Assembly (NCBI GenBank): GCA_031409275.1
Contig: JANNXA010000055.1
Span: 192,001 to 256,000 of the forward strand
Reading direction: 5' to 3'
From: Planctomycetota bacterium
GTDB taxonomy: Bacteria; Planctomycetota; B15-G4; SIAN01
Length of the DNA: 64,000 bases
Shown here: piece by piece, positions 48,080 to 57,952 of the stretch
Layout: every line of letters begins with the position of its first letter
Position numbering within the stretch: the first letter of the stretch is position 1
Made by a program: the position numbers and the translations under genes
The notes under the pieces: model-generated
What the model saw: only the letters and a program-made list of their open reading frames with translations
Database searches by the model: none
What the model was told of the DNA's origin: nothing

Positions 48080-51000
48080 TCGACGAGCTTCCCGCGCAGC
48101 TCGACCCGCTCGATCTGCAGCTCGGTCAGGCTGCACAGCTGAACCGCATCCTTCGCGCGCGCGGTCGGCAGAGTCGCCTGGGTTTCGTAGACGACGTCGC
48201 CGTCCAGCGCCACCTCGATTCGCACCGTGCCAGCGCCTGGATCGGGGAGCCATCGCACCTCGAGAACGTAACGGCGGCCGCGTTCGAGACCGACATCGAC
48301 GACCTTGCCGACCGCAGGCTCGCTCTGGTCATAGATCGGGTCGTAGAAGCGCTGGGTGCTCTCTTCGAGTGCGCCGACCCAGGCCGCGAGTTGCGGCGTG
48401 TAGCTCTCGCCTCTCGGCTCTTCGGGCCGGAAGAAGGCGGCGCAGGCGGGGCCGAGACGAAGCCCGACGTAGTGCGGATCGTCGGGTGCGCCGAGCGTCG
48501 GCAGCAGTTCCACGCGCAAGCTCGCCGGCGCGCGCCGATCGAGCGGGAACGGAAACGTCGCACTCGGCGCCGGGCCGCTGCGGCCGCTCCCGCCGCCGAC
48601 GAAGACGAGGCGCCCGTTCTCCACGCGCAGCGCGTTGCCGCTGACGTTCCAGTCCTGGCCCTCCGTCACCTGATCGAACGCATAGACCACGCGGACCACG
48701 CCATCTTCGGCGAGCGTCCGTTCGCTCGCGTTGCGAGCCACCTGATCGAGCAGCGCGCGCCGTCGCCCCGTTCGATCGAGGTCGCTGAGCAGCGCCTCGA
48801 GGTGTGCGCGATCCGATTGCGCCGCTCGACCGGCGGCGGTGTCGCCGTAGCGGAGCAGGTCGCGCCAGGCCGCGCGCGCCGTTTCGACGTCGCCGGCCGC
48901 GATCGCCGCGTCGAACTGCGCGCGCCGCTCGTTCGCGGCGCCCTCGCGCTGCTCGCGGCGCGCCGCATCGCTCTGCATCTGGTCCTGCAGCGAACGATGG
49001 AGCGCGTCAGCGACCGGCGCACCCGCCAGCCCGTTCAGCTCGAGCCCCAGCGCGCTGCGCTCCTTGGCGTCCCCGAGGAGAAAACGGACGAAGAGGCGCG
49101 CCGGTGGCGCGGTCACCGTCGCGTTCACCGACTTCTCGAGCGACGCCAACGCGAGATCCTCGACCGTCAGGCCACGCCTGGATCCGACCGCGAACGCGTC
49201 GCCGGCGCCGTCGAACTGCACCTTGCCGCGAATGCCGATCCCCTGGCGATCGCGCACGTCGACCTCCTCACCCGCTCGATCGCGCAGGTTCTGGCGCGCG
49301 TGGCCGAACACGGCGATCAAGTCCGAGACGACGCCGCTCCATGCGGCGCGCTCCGCTTCGGGAAGATCGGACTGAGCAGCGATCGCCTCGGCCGCCTCCG
49401 CGATCCGACGATCGGCCAGGAACGGGACGATGCCGGGCCGCCCGCCGACCCCATCGAGCAGCTGCGCGCGCGCCGTGGCCTCGCGATCGCGCCGCGCCTG
49501 CAAGGCCAGTTCCGCGAGGTCGCGCGCCAGCAGCTCCCAGCGACTCTGCAGCTCGGCCGGAAGCGCGCCGATGGCGACCAGCCCGTCCCATGCGGCACGG
49601 TTCGCCTCCTCGACGTCGGCGCGGCGTTTTGCCAGGTCGACGACGGCGCCCTCGCGAGCCTCCGCCAACGCCTTCTGCGCGGCCCGCTCGACCTCGAACT
49701 GCAGATCGCGGCGCGCCCTCGCCACCCGCCCGGCGAGCGAGTCCGCGAGGATCGACACGAACGACGCGGTCGGATCACGATCGAATTCGACGCGCGTCGA
49801 GTCGGGCCATCCGCGCTGCAGCACGGCAGCGGAGACGTCGCTCGCCACGGCGACTCCGGCGCCGCTCAACACGGCGATCGTCGCGGCGGCACAAGCGTTC
49901 GCCTCCTCCTCCGGATAGGACGCCAGCCGCTGCTGCGCCTCCCCGAATCGCTGCGCCTCGAGCAGCGCTTGCACTTCATCGTCGAGCGCGGTCCGTCGGG
50001 CGAGCAGCTCCTGTCGCACCTTTCGGCGCACCTCCTGCTCGAGGGCCTCCTGCTGAGACGTGGCGTTGGCGCGCGCGGACTGGAGCCACGGCTCCACGTC
50101 GACTTCGGCGCCCACGAGCCGTGTCCGCAGCGAAGCGGGCGCGGCCGCCTCGAAGGCGCGCTCGAGTTCAGCGTCGAGACGCTCTCGCGCTTGCGCGAAG
50201 TCGCCACGCGCGAGCGCCGCGCGGGCTGCCGAGAGGGCCAGCGGCGCCGCCGCGCGCAGTTCCGTCTCGAGGGCGACGCTGGCCGCCGACTTCAGGTCGA
50301 CGCGGGAGAGGCTCGAGACGCTGGTGAGCTGCCCGTCCCGCTTGAGCTCGCCGATGCGCGCCAGCACTTCCGCCGCCGGCCGGGCGCCGCCTCGCCAGCC
50401 TTCCGCGAGTTCGTTCAGCAGCGCTTCCTCACGTTGGCGCGCGTCGCTCCAGTCGACATCGCTGCGGTGGTCGCCCCGCCACAGGAACAGCGCCACGAGC
50501 GCGACCACGAGCGCCGCCGCCGCGGCGATCCATGGGCCGCGACTGCTGCGCGGCGGCGGCTCGGCGGCTTCCTGCCAGGAGAGACCGACCTCTTGCGCCT
50601 GTTCGGGCGCGGTGAGTGCCGCGCGTACCCGCTCGAGGTCTTCGAGCAGCTCCTCGCTCGACTGGTAGCGACGGCGGACATCTTTCGCGAGCAGCCGCGC
50701 GAGCATGCGCGAGAAGCCTTGGGGCAGGCCGGGTTGCAGCTGCTCGGGTGGGCGCGGCACCGAGTAGAGCACCTCGTGCAGGATCTCGGCGACCGACTCG
50801 CCGCGCAGCGGCGGGTGGCCCGTCGCGAGGTGGTAGAGCGTGGCCCCGAGGCTGTAGAGGTCGCTGCGCAGATCGACGCGGCGCGGGCTCCTCACCTGTT
50901 CGGGAGACATGTACTGCGGCGTGCCGACGGTGATGCCGTCCTGGGTGAGCGAACGGTCGCGAGTGGCGCGCGCGAGCCCGAAGTCGGTGAGCTTCACCGC

Positions 51001-51453
51001 CCCATCTTTCGCCAGCAGGATGTTGCCAGGCTTCACGTCGCGATGGACGACGCCGTGGCGCGCCGCATGAGCGAGCGCCAGCGCGACCCGCTCGCCGATC
51101 AGGAGGACCTCGCGCAGCGGGAACGCTCCGCGATCGACCAGCAACTGCTTGCAGCTCTGCCCCTCGACGAGCTCCATCACGAAGTAGACGAGGTCGCCTG
51201 CTTCGCCGAAGTCGATCGAGCGCACGATCGCGGGATGGTCGAGCCGCGAGAGGACGCGCGCCTCCTTCGTCAGACGCGCCAGCGCGAGACCGGGGTCGAG
51301 ATCATCGCGGCGCAGCACCTTGAGGGCGACCATGCGGTCAAGGCCCTTGTGGCGCGCCTTGTAGACCGAGCTCATGCCTCCCGACCCGAGCAGTTCGAGC
51401 ACTTCGTAGCCGGGGATCGGCTGGGTCAGCATGCTGGCGCGCTCGTGCTTCAC
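48076..51453 (-). CDS. Membrane-anchored Hanks-type Ser/Thr protein kinase with large extracytoplasmic region
   Basis: LGSGGMSSVYKA, VALK, HRDVKPGN, DFG, GTPQYMSPE, SDLYSLG; TM WIAAAAALVVALVALFLW. Start GTG 51453 or ATG 51432. Confidence 0.93.
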   Translation of the reverse strand: MKHERASMLTQPIPGYEVLELLGSGGMSSVYKARHKGLDRMVALKVLRRDDLDPGLALARLTKEARVLSRLDHPAIVRSIDFGEAGDLVYFVMELVEGQSCKQLLVDRGAFPLREVLLIGERVALALAHAARHGVVHRDVKPGNILLAKDGAVKLTDFGLARATRDRSLTQDGITVGTPQYMSPEQVRSPRRVDLRSDLYSLGATLYHLATGHPPLRGESVAEILHEVLYSVPRPPEQLQPGLPQGFSRMLARLLAKDVRRRYQSSEELLEDLERVRAALTAPEQAQEVGLSWQEAAEPPPRSSRGPWIAAAAALVVALVALFLWRGDHRSDVDWSDARQREEALLNELAEGWRGGARPAAEVLARIGELKRDGQLTSVSSLSRVDLKSAASVALETELRAAAPLALSAARAALARGDFAQARERLDAELERAFEAAAPASLRTRLVGAEVDVEPWLQSARANATSQQEALEQEVRRKVRQELLARRTALDDEVQALLEAQRFGEAQQRLASYPEEEANACAAATIAVLSGAGVAVASDVSAAVLQRGWPDSTRVEFDRDPTASFVSILADSLAGRVARARRDLQFEVERAAQKALAEAREGAVVDLAKRRADVEEANRAAWDGLVAIGALPAELQSRWELLARDLAELALQARRDREATARAQLLDGVGGRPGIVPFLADRRIAEAAEAIAAQSDLPEAERAAWSGVVSDLIAVFGHARQNLRDRAGEEVDVRDRQGIGIRGKVQFDGAGDAFAVGSRRGLTVEDLALASLEKSVNATVTAPPARLFVRFLLGDAKERSALGLELNGLAGAPVADALHRSLQDQMQSDAARREQREGAANERRAQFDAAIAAGDVETARAAWRDLLRYGDTAAGRAAQSDRAHLEALLSDLDRTGRRRALLDQVARNASERTLAEDGVVRVVYAFDQVTEGQDWNVSGNALRVENGRLVFVGGGSGRSGPAPSATFPFPLDRRAPASLRVELLPTLGAPDDPHYVGLRLGPACAAFFRPEEPRGESYTPQLAAWVGALEESTQRFYDPIYDQSEPAVGKVVDVGLERGRRYVLEVRWLPDPGAGTVRIEVALDGDVVYETQATLPTARAKDAVQLCSLTELQIERVELRGKLVE

Positions 51454-51469
51454 GCGTTCCCTCCCCGAT

Positions 51470-53017
51470 TCAGCGTCGTGTCGGCGCCGCGATCGACTCT
51501 CGCAATGCCGCATCGAGACGCTCGGCCGGGATCCCCAGCGCGGCGAACGCTTTCGCGTGTGCCGCCGCCGCCTCGGCGCCGAGCGCGGGGACCTGCCCTT
51601 TCGGCCACTGCTCGCGCAACGCCGCCAGCATGGCGAGGAAGCCGTCCTGCTTCTGCGTCGACAGCCAATCGACCACCACCATCGACTTCGCGACCTCCTC
51701 GGCGGTGATGGTCGACAGATCGCGCTTCAGGATCGGCCCGAACGGCGGATCCTTGCCTTCCTTGATCGCGCGCACCGCGTCGTCGAACCAGCGGTCGCGG
51801 GAGAGCAGCTCCTCCTTGCGGACCCCTTCGGCGCCGTAGCGGCGGCTCGAGATGCAGGAGATCGCATTGCGTCCGAGCACGCGGTGCTCGGTCCAGGCGG
51901 CGAACCCCTCGTCGAGCCAGGTCGGGAGGAACTTCCAGTTGTAGCCGTGGCGGTTCAGGAGGACGTGACCCAGGTGATGCACGGTATGGGCGACCGTGTC
52001 GTCGACGTGGCGAGCGCCACGAAACGTGGCGGAGGTGCCGGTTGGATCCCACCAATAGAAGCCGTCGACCTTCGCCGCTCCTTCGGCCCAGCGCGCATCG
52101 ACCTTCTTCTCTTGGCGCGAGAAGAAGCGCGCGAAGAGGCCGAAGTCGTCCCGCGTATCGACGACCACCGCGAGCGCCTTGTGGCCACCGATCCACGCCA
52201 GGTCGGTGACCGACTCGCGCAGCGCGCCCGCCGCCAGCGCGAAGCTCTTCTCCGACGCCTCCTGGAGCGCGTGCGCATGCGCCTTTCCGAACGCGCTCGC
52301 GACGACGAAATGGTCGCTCGCATCGAAGGTCAGCGCGAGCGACGCCTCCTTGCCGAAGTCGACGGCGCGGCGGCGCGCCAGCACCTCGCTCGCCACCACC
52401 CATTCGGATCCGACGCGCTCGAGTCCGCGCGCCCGCTGCGCGTCGTCGGCGGAAAGCCACCGCCCGTCGATCTGAACGTCACCGCGTTCGAGGTGCTCCT
52501 TCTCTTCTGGCGTCACGAATCGGCCGCTGTAGGGCACGAGGCCGCGCGCCGCCATCGCCGCGGTCTCGTCCGCTTTCACCTTCGCATCGCGCTCGGCCGG
52601 GGTCATCCACTGCCCCTCATGCCGCACCCGTCCGCGCGCGAGGTTGGCGCCCTCGTGCTGCGGATCACGGGCAAGGGCCTTGTCGAGCAGCCGCTCGCGA
52701 TCGCGTCGAAGCGCTTTCGCGCGAGCGAACTCCGCGAGTTCGAACCAAGCGTCGGCGGAAGCATCCGCCTTCATCGCCTTCTCGCGCTCGGCGAGCTCCT
52801 CGGCCGCCGTGAGCCCCTTCTCGATCCTGGAGATGCGCGAACGCTCGATCACCATGCGGCCGAGCGCGGTGTCGATCGTGATGGAGCCCTTTTCCTCGGC
52901 GACCACCTTCCCCTCGAGCTTGCCGCCGTCGCGCAGATGGACCGTGTCGGCGCGCGCCACCGACGCGACGGCAAGTGCCAGCACCATCCCGCAGACAAAC
53001 GCGACGCGCCGGCTCAT
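51470..53017 (-). CDS. Secreted protein with zincin-like (peptidase MA/gluzincin-like) domain, catalytic Glu apparently absent
   Basis: Signal peptide ending ARA-DTVHLRDGGKLEG; HHLGH...PTWLDEGFA resembles HExxH...PxWLxEG. Confidence 0.65.
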   Translation of the reverse strand: MSRRVAFVCGMVLALAVASVARADTVHLRDGGKLEGKVVAEEKGSITIDTALGRMVIERSRISRIEKGLTAAEELAEREKAMKADASADAWFELAEFARAKALRRDRERLLDKALARDPQHEGANLARGRVRHEGQWMTPAERDAKVKADETAAMAARGLVPYSGRFVTPEEKEHLERGDVQIDGRWLSADDAQRARGLERVGSEWVVASEVLARRRAVDFGKEASLALTFDASDHFVVASAFGKAHAHALQEASEKSFALAAGALRESVTDLAWIGGHKALAVVVDTRDDFGLFARFFSRQEKKVDARWAEGAAKVDGFYWWDPTGTSATFRGARHVDDTVAHTVHHLGHVLLNRHGYNWKFLPTWLDEGFAAWTEHRVLGRNAISCISSRRYGAEGVRKEELLSRDRWFDDAVRAIKEGKDPPFGPILKRDLSTITAEEVAKSMVVVDWLSTQKQDGFLAMLAALREQWPKGQVPALGAEAAAAHAKAFAALGIPAERLDAALRESIAAPTRR

Positions 53018-55065
53018 GTCTCCGGGTCCCCGTCGCCCGTCGCCGCCGGAGCGACCGCACCATCCGGCGGAAGCTCCTCGACGCCGCCGTCCACCGTCTC
53101 TCCTGGTGCGAGCGGGCGACCGTCGCCGCCGATGCGGTACTTCTCGAGCTTGCGCTGCAGCGCGAAACGCGAGATGCCGAGCACGTCAGCGGCGCGGCTC
53201 TTGTTGCCGGTCGCGTCCTCGAGCGCGCGGCGGATCTCGGAGCGCTCGAGCGCTTCGACCCGGCCGGTGAGCCCTTCGCGCAGCGGCGGGTCGGCCGGCG
53301 TCGCCATCGCGCGACGGATCCGCTCGGAGAGCCGATCGAGGGTGATCGGATCGTCCGAAAAGGTGATCAGCATGCGGATCTCGTTCTCGAGTTCGCGCAC
53401 GTTGCCCGGCCAGTGGTAGGCGCACAGCGCGTCGAGGACCTCCGGACGCATCTTGATGCCGGCGCGACCCGACTCGCGACCGAAGCGCTTCAGGAAGGTG
53501 TCAGCGAGGAGCGGGATGTCGTCCTTGCGGTCGCGCAGCGGCGGCAACCGCATCGGCAGCACGTTCAGGCGGTACATCAGGTCTTCGCGGAACTCGCCTT
53601 TCGCGACGATCTCCGCCAGGTCCTTGTTCGACGCGGAGATGATGCGCACGTCGACGTGCACCGACTCGCGGCCGCCGACCGGCCGAAACTCGCCCTCCTG
53701 CAGGAAGCGCAGCAGCTTCTTCTGCACCTCAGGGCTCATGTCGCCGACCTCGTCGAGGAAGAGCGTCCCCTTGTGCGCCGTCTGCAGCAGCCCCTTCTTG
53801 CTTTGGCGCGCGCCGGTGAAGGCGCCGCGTTCGTAGCCGAAGAGTTCGCTCTCGAGCAGCGAATCGGGCAGCGCGGCGCAGTTCTCGGAGACGAAGCGCT
53901 GTCCGGCGCGCGGACCGTTCTCGTGGATCGCGCGCGCGATCAGTTCCTTGCCGGTGCCGCTCTCGCCGGACACATGTACCGGGAACTCGCTCGCGACCAC
54001 GCGATCGAGGAGCCGGAAGATGTCCATCATCGGCTTGCTGCGACCGACGATCCGCGAGTAGTCGTTGCCGCCGGCCGCAGCGCGCTCCCGCAGGCGCGCG
54101 CGCACCTCCACGAGCTCGACTTCCTGGACCGCGACGCGTCGCTTCAACTCCTCGTTCAGCAACCGGACGCGCTCCTGGCTCTCCTCGAGCTGCTTGTTGG
54201 CGTCGACGAGGTGCGTGACGAGCCGCGCGCGGTGGACCGCGACGGCCGCCTGTCCGGCGAACGCCTCGGCGAGGCGCAGGTCCTCGTCGTCGAACGCGCC
54301 CTTCGTCATGCGATGGTCGACGTAGACCGCGCCGATCGTCTCGCCCTGCGCGGTCAGCGGCACGACGAGCACCGAACGCAATCCGAGGTTGGTGATCGAC
54401 TGGACGCCCTCGAAGCGCTGGTCGTCGCCGGCGTTCACCGAGAGGAGCGACTTGCCGCTCTCCAGCACGCGCTGCGCGATCGAACGCGAGATCGCGAGCT
54501 CCGGCTCTGGCACCTGGTCGCCGTCGAAGTTGCGCGCGGCGACGAAATGGAGCGCCTCATCGCCCTCGCGCAGGATGAGGAAACCGCGTTCGGCGCCCGA
54601 AAGCTCGATCAGCGAATCGACCACCAGGTTCAGCAGCTTCTCGACGTCGCTCTCGGTCGAGAGCGCCTGCGAGATCCGTTGCAGCCGCAGGTGGTTGCTG
54701 CGCTCGCGCGTCAGGCGGCGCACGAGGTCGTCGTTGGGAAGCGTCGGTCGCGCGATCAGCGAGGTCTCGTTGGGGTCGGGCTCGCGCTCGTAGTAGATGC
54801 GCGTCGAACCGATCGAGACCACGTCACCGGTGCGCAAGTCGGAGCTGAGGATCTGCTGGCCGTTCAGGAAGGTGCCGTTCTGGCTGCCGACGTCGACCAC
54901 GGTGGCGTGGCCGCCCGGCTCGATCTCGATCCGGCAGTGAATTCGCGAGGCGAGGCGATCGCCGATGCGCAGATCAGTGCCGGTTCCGCGACCGATCAGG
55001 ATCGTGCTCTTGTCGAGTGAGAGTTCGCGACGTTCGCCTTCGGCATGGACGATGAAGCGTGGCAT
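53014..55065 (-). CDS. Sigma-54-dependent activator with FHA, GAF, AAA+ and Fis-HTH domains
   Basis: FHA (IGRG..SRIHC..SQNGTFLNG), GAF (AERGFLI..LRSVLVVPL), GESGTGKE, ESELFG, GAFTGA, LFLDE, WPGNVREL, GNKSRAADVLGISR. Confidence 0.95.
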   Translation of the reverse strand: MPRFIVHAEGERRELSLDKSTILIGRGTGTDLRIGDRLASRIHCRIEIEPGGHATVVDVGSQNGTFLNGQQILSSDLRTGDVVSIGSTRIYYEREPDPNETSLIARPTLPNDDLVRRLTRERSNHLRLQRISQALSTESDVEKLLNLVVDSLIELSGAERGFLILREGDEALHFVAARNFDGDQVPEPELAISRSIAQRVLESGKSLLSVNAGDDQRFEGVQSITNLGLRSVLVVPLTAQGETIGAVYVDHRMTKGAFDDEDLRLAEAFAGQAAVAVHRARLVTHLVDANKQLEESQERVRLLNEELKRRVAVQEVELVEVRARLRERAAAGGNDYSRIVGRSKPMMDIFRLLDRVVASEFPVHVSGESGTGKELIARAIHENGPRAGQRFVSENCAALPDSLLESELFGYERGAFTGARQSKKGLLQTAHKGTLFLDEVGDMSPEVQKKLLRFLQEGEFRPVGGRESVHVDVRIISASNKDLAEIVAKGEFREDLMYRLNVLPMRLPPLRDRKDDIPLLADTFLKRFGRESGRAGIKMRPEVLDALCAYHWPGNVRELENEIRMLITFSDDPITLDRLSERIRRAMATPADPPLREGLTGRVEALERSEIRRALEDATGNKSRAADVLGISRFALQRKLEKYRIGGDGRPLAPGETVDGGVEELPPDGAVAPAATGDGDPET

Positions 55066-55076
55066 GGCGCGGATCC

Positions 55077-56144
55077 TCAGGCGGCGGGCGGAAGGGCGAG
55101 CAGCTCGGCGGCGGCCTGCAGGGCCATCTCCGCCGTCAACGAAGTCATGCAACGATGATCGAGGGGACAGATCTTCAAGTGGCAGGGACCGCATGGAACG
55201 TCGACCCGCAGCACTCGCGTCCGTTCGAGGTTGCTGGCCGTATGGCGCGGGTCGGTCGGTCCCATCAGCACGACACAGGCGGTGCCGACGGCAGTGGCGA
55301 TGTGACGTGGGCCCGTGTCGGTGGTGACCAGCACGCGCGCGCGCTCCAAGACCGGCTTCAGCAACTCGAGCGCGATCGGCGCGGACGAGGTATCGAGCGC
55401 CGCCGGCCCGGCGGCTTGCGCGATGCTGCGCGCGAGCGCCTCTTCACCCGGGCCGCACAGCACGACGGTGCGCAGTCGATGACGCTCGTGAAGGCCGCGG
55501 ATCGTCGCCGCGAACCCTTCAACCGTCCAGAACTTCGAGGCACCGAAGGCGGCGCCTGGATTGGCGGCCGCGAACGGCTCATCGGCGGCGAGGCCGAGGC
55601 GCGCCAACTCCGCAGCCGCGCGCGCGCGCTCGTCGTGGTCGATCACCAGGTGGAGCCGCTCGTCCTGCGCCGTCACCCCCACGGACGCCAACAGGTCGAG
55701 GTAGAGCCGCGTCATGGGCAGCGGGAGCCGCCGCTTCCCCTCCATCGCCTGGCGCGGCTTGACGTCGAGCAGGAAGCCTCGCTCCCGCGACCAGAAACCG
55801 ATGAGGCAGCGCGGACGGCTTGCTCGGCCGATCAAGGCCGACGACAGCGAGTGAGGCAGCAGCACGTGGAGGTCGACCGGGCCTTGCGCCGCGATCTCCC
55901 GCCCCGCGCGCCACCAGCCGAGCCATCCGCCGTGACGTCCCCCGCGCTCCAGCGCGAAGTAGCGATCGAAGTCCGGCGACCCACGAAGCAGGCGTGAGGC
56001 TGGCTTGGTGCCGACGACGGTGATCGTCGCGTGCGGTGCCGCGCGTCGAAGCGCACGCAGCGCGGGCGTGGCCATCACGACGTCGCCAACCCAGTTGGGT
56101 AGTCGGACGACGATCACTCGGCAGCTTTGATCGCGAGGATCCAC
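55077..56144 (-). CDS. waaF: ADP-heptose:LPS heptosyltransferase II (GT9)
   Basis: RLPNWVGDVVMATP, NPGAAFGASK, TDTGPRHIA, GPTDP, CGPCHLKICPLDHRCM. Start uncertain. Confidence 0.9.
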   Translation of the reverse strand: MDPRDQSCRVIVVRLPNWVGDVVMATPALRALRRAAPHATITVVGTKPASRLLRGSPDFDRYFALERGGRHGGWLGWWRAGREIAAQGPVDLHVLLPHSLSSALIGRASRPRCLIGFWSRERGFLLDVKPRQAMEGKRRLPLPMTRLYLDLLASVGVTAQDERLHLVIDHDERARAAAELARLGLAADEPFAAANPGAAFGASKFWTVEGFAATIRGLHERHRLRTVVLCGPGEEALARSIAQAAGPAALDTSSAPIALELLKPVLERARVLVTTDTGPRHIATAVGTACVVLMGPTDPRHTASNLERTRVLRVDVPCGPCHLKICPLDHRCMTSLTAEMALQAAAELLALPPAA

Positions 56145-56250
56145 TGGCGCTTCGCTCCGCACTTGACGGCGCACAGTCTACGTGCGAAACGTCACGCGGT
56201 AACGAGCGAACCCGCCCAACCCCCTGGGCAGCTCTCTTCGGCCGGATCGA

Positions 56251-56814
56251 TCAGAAGCCGAATCCCGGCAGCAGTTGGGCCAGGATTGGCTGGACCTCGC
56301 CGACGGGCAGGCCCTGAGTCGCGGCGACGCCTGCCAGCAGCGCACGCGCCGCGGCAGGGTCGGCGAGCGTGGCCCGCAAGGCCGGACCGATCACCGGCCC
56401 CGACGCCGGACGGAAGCGACCGGTCCGCATGCGCTCCCGATTGCGCGTGAAGTCGGTCGAGACGAATCCTTCGCGCTGCTCCTGGAACTCCTCACGATGG
56501 CGGGCCATCTCGTTACGGCCTGCGGCGAGTTCGTCGTGGCGAAAGTGCTCCGTGCCGGCTTGCTCGAGCATCCGCTCGCGCTGAGCGGCAGGACTCGCGT
56601 CGTGATTGAACGGCAACCATCCGGCCACGGTGTCGATCGACTGGTCGAGCGCGCTTTGCGAGGCCTGTGAGGTCGCGTTCGCTCGATCGGGCACGTTCTC
56701 GCTGGGGCTTGCGCAGCCGCCCAAAGCGGCCGCGCCACCGACAAGGAGGAGGCGCCCGTGGGCGAGCAGGCGGTGCCGAAGCGACCCGAGCGCGCGGACG
56801 CAGGACTTTTCCAA
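56251..56814 (-). CDS. Putative lipoprotein
   Basis: Hydrophobic stretch and lipobox-like LGGC; TTG start, start position uncertain. Confidence 0.55.
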   Translation of the reverse strand: MEKSCVRALGSLRHRLLAHGRLLLVGGAAALGGCASPSENVPDRANATSQASQSALDQSIDTVAGWLPFNHDASPAAQRERMLEQAGTEHFRHDELAAGRNEMARHREEFQEQREGFVSTDFTRNRERMRTGRFRPASGPVIGPALRATLADPAAARALLAGVAATQGLPVGEVQPILAQLLPGFGF

Positions 56815-56902
56815 GCCAGGACTCCTCGGCGAGCAGCGCCTATCGCCGGGCGACGGCCGACTCTTCGACCGCCACGGCGACGAGCGCTACGGGCCGCGCG
56901 TT

Positions 56903-57952
56903 CTACCGACGAGGGGTGGTGGCGGCAACGCCGCGCCCCTCGGCCCGGTCTCCTCCGCGAAGGAGCGCGAGCAAATGCGGCCCCAACCGATCGACCCCGC
57001 GGGCGGCGATCACGTGGGCGCGTCGCGCTTGCGCCGCCGTCCGCTGGCCGGCCCCACCCGCGGCAGCCGCATCCCCCGCGAGGCTCCGCAGCGTCTCCAC
57101 AACGACTTCGACTCCGTCGGCGCACGGCGGCCAGTCGACGACGCCCCTGAACTCCGCGGCGAGCTCCGACTGCGCTCCGACGCGGCTCGCGACCGCAGGC
57201 AGCCCCGCCGCAAGGTAGCCGAGCAAGCGCGCGCCGCACTTGCCTCGCGTCCACGGATCGTCGGCGAGTGGTGCGAGTCCAAGCCACGCCTCGCGAAGGG
57301 CCGCCTCCTCGCCCGCCAGCGACCACGGACGAGCGTCGATCCCATCCCCACTCGTGACGCAGTCAGGCGCGCCGACGACGATCCAGCGAGCGTCGGGTAG
57401 CGCGGCGCGCACTCGCCCCCACGCCGCCGCGAACCGCGCCACGTAACGCCACGTCGAAGGTTGCCCGATCCAGAGCAGCGTCGGCGCCAACGCGCGCGCT
57501 CCCCAATCGCCGGCGGCCGCGTCGTCTGGCGGGACCGGCGTCGGCACGACCGCGGCAGCAACACCGAGCTCCCGCAACTCTCCCGCGAGCGATGCCGCTC
57601 CAGCGACGACCACATCGGCCCGTGAACAGAGCGCCCGAGCGCGCCACGCGCGGCCGCGCGACCGAAAGGGCGAAGCGTCGCGGCGCCACACCGCGTCGTC
57701 GAGGTCGACGACGAGTCGCCGTGCACGAGCGCGCAGCCACGCGCTCTCCCATGGTTGCGGCAACCGACGTTGGAGCCAGACGACGTCGTGGTCCGCCGCC
57801 CGCGCGAGTTGTCGCCAGCGCCGCGGCCCGCTCGGGACGAGCGCCTGCTGCTCGACCGCGACGCCCTGCGACGCAAGCCACGGCAAGAAACGCTCGACGC
57901 GCAACCGCGCGCTCGCGCCGCCGAGCGCCTCAACGAGCGCAAGCACTCTCAT
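56903..57952 (-). CDS. Glycosyltransferase family 4
   Basis: SARLRV, VVDLDDAVW, WIGQ, GLAPL.DDPW.RGKCG, YLAAGLPAVAS.VG; ATGA overlap. Confidence 0.85.
   Translation of the reverse strand: MRVLALVEALGGASARLRVERFLPWLASQGVAVEQQALVPSGPRRWRQLARAADHDVVWLQRRLPQPWESAWLRARARRLVVDLDDAVWRRDASPFRSRGRAWRARALCSRADVVVAGAASLAGELRELGVAAAVVPTPVPPDDAAAGDWGARALAPTLLWIGQPSTWRYVARFAAAWGRVRAALPDARWIVVGAPDCVTSGDGIDARPWSLAGEEAALREAWLGLAPLADDPWTRGKCGARLLGYLAAGLPAVASRVGAQSELAAEFRGVVDWPPCADGVEVVVETLRSLAGDAAAAGGAGQRTAAQARRAHVIAARGVDRLGPHLLALLRGGDRAEGRGVAATTPRR

Noticed and set aside
46699..51708. 1669-aa plus-strand ORF
   Set aside because: Arg/Ala/Pro-rich antisense shadow of the kinase and its neighbour; stop-poor frames are expected at this GC content.
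45177..56250. Sigma54 (-24/-12) promoter near the enhancer-binding protein gene
   Set aside because: No convincing TGGCAC-N5-TTGC found by eye in the intergenic gaps; a matrix scan would be needed.
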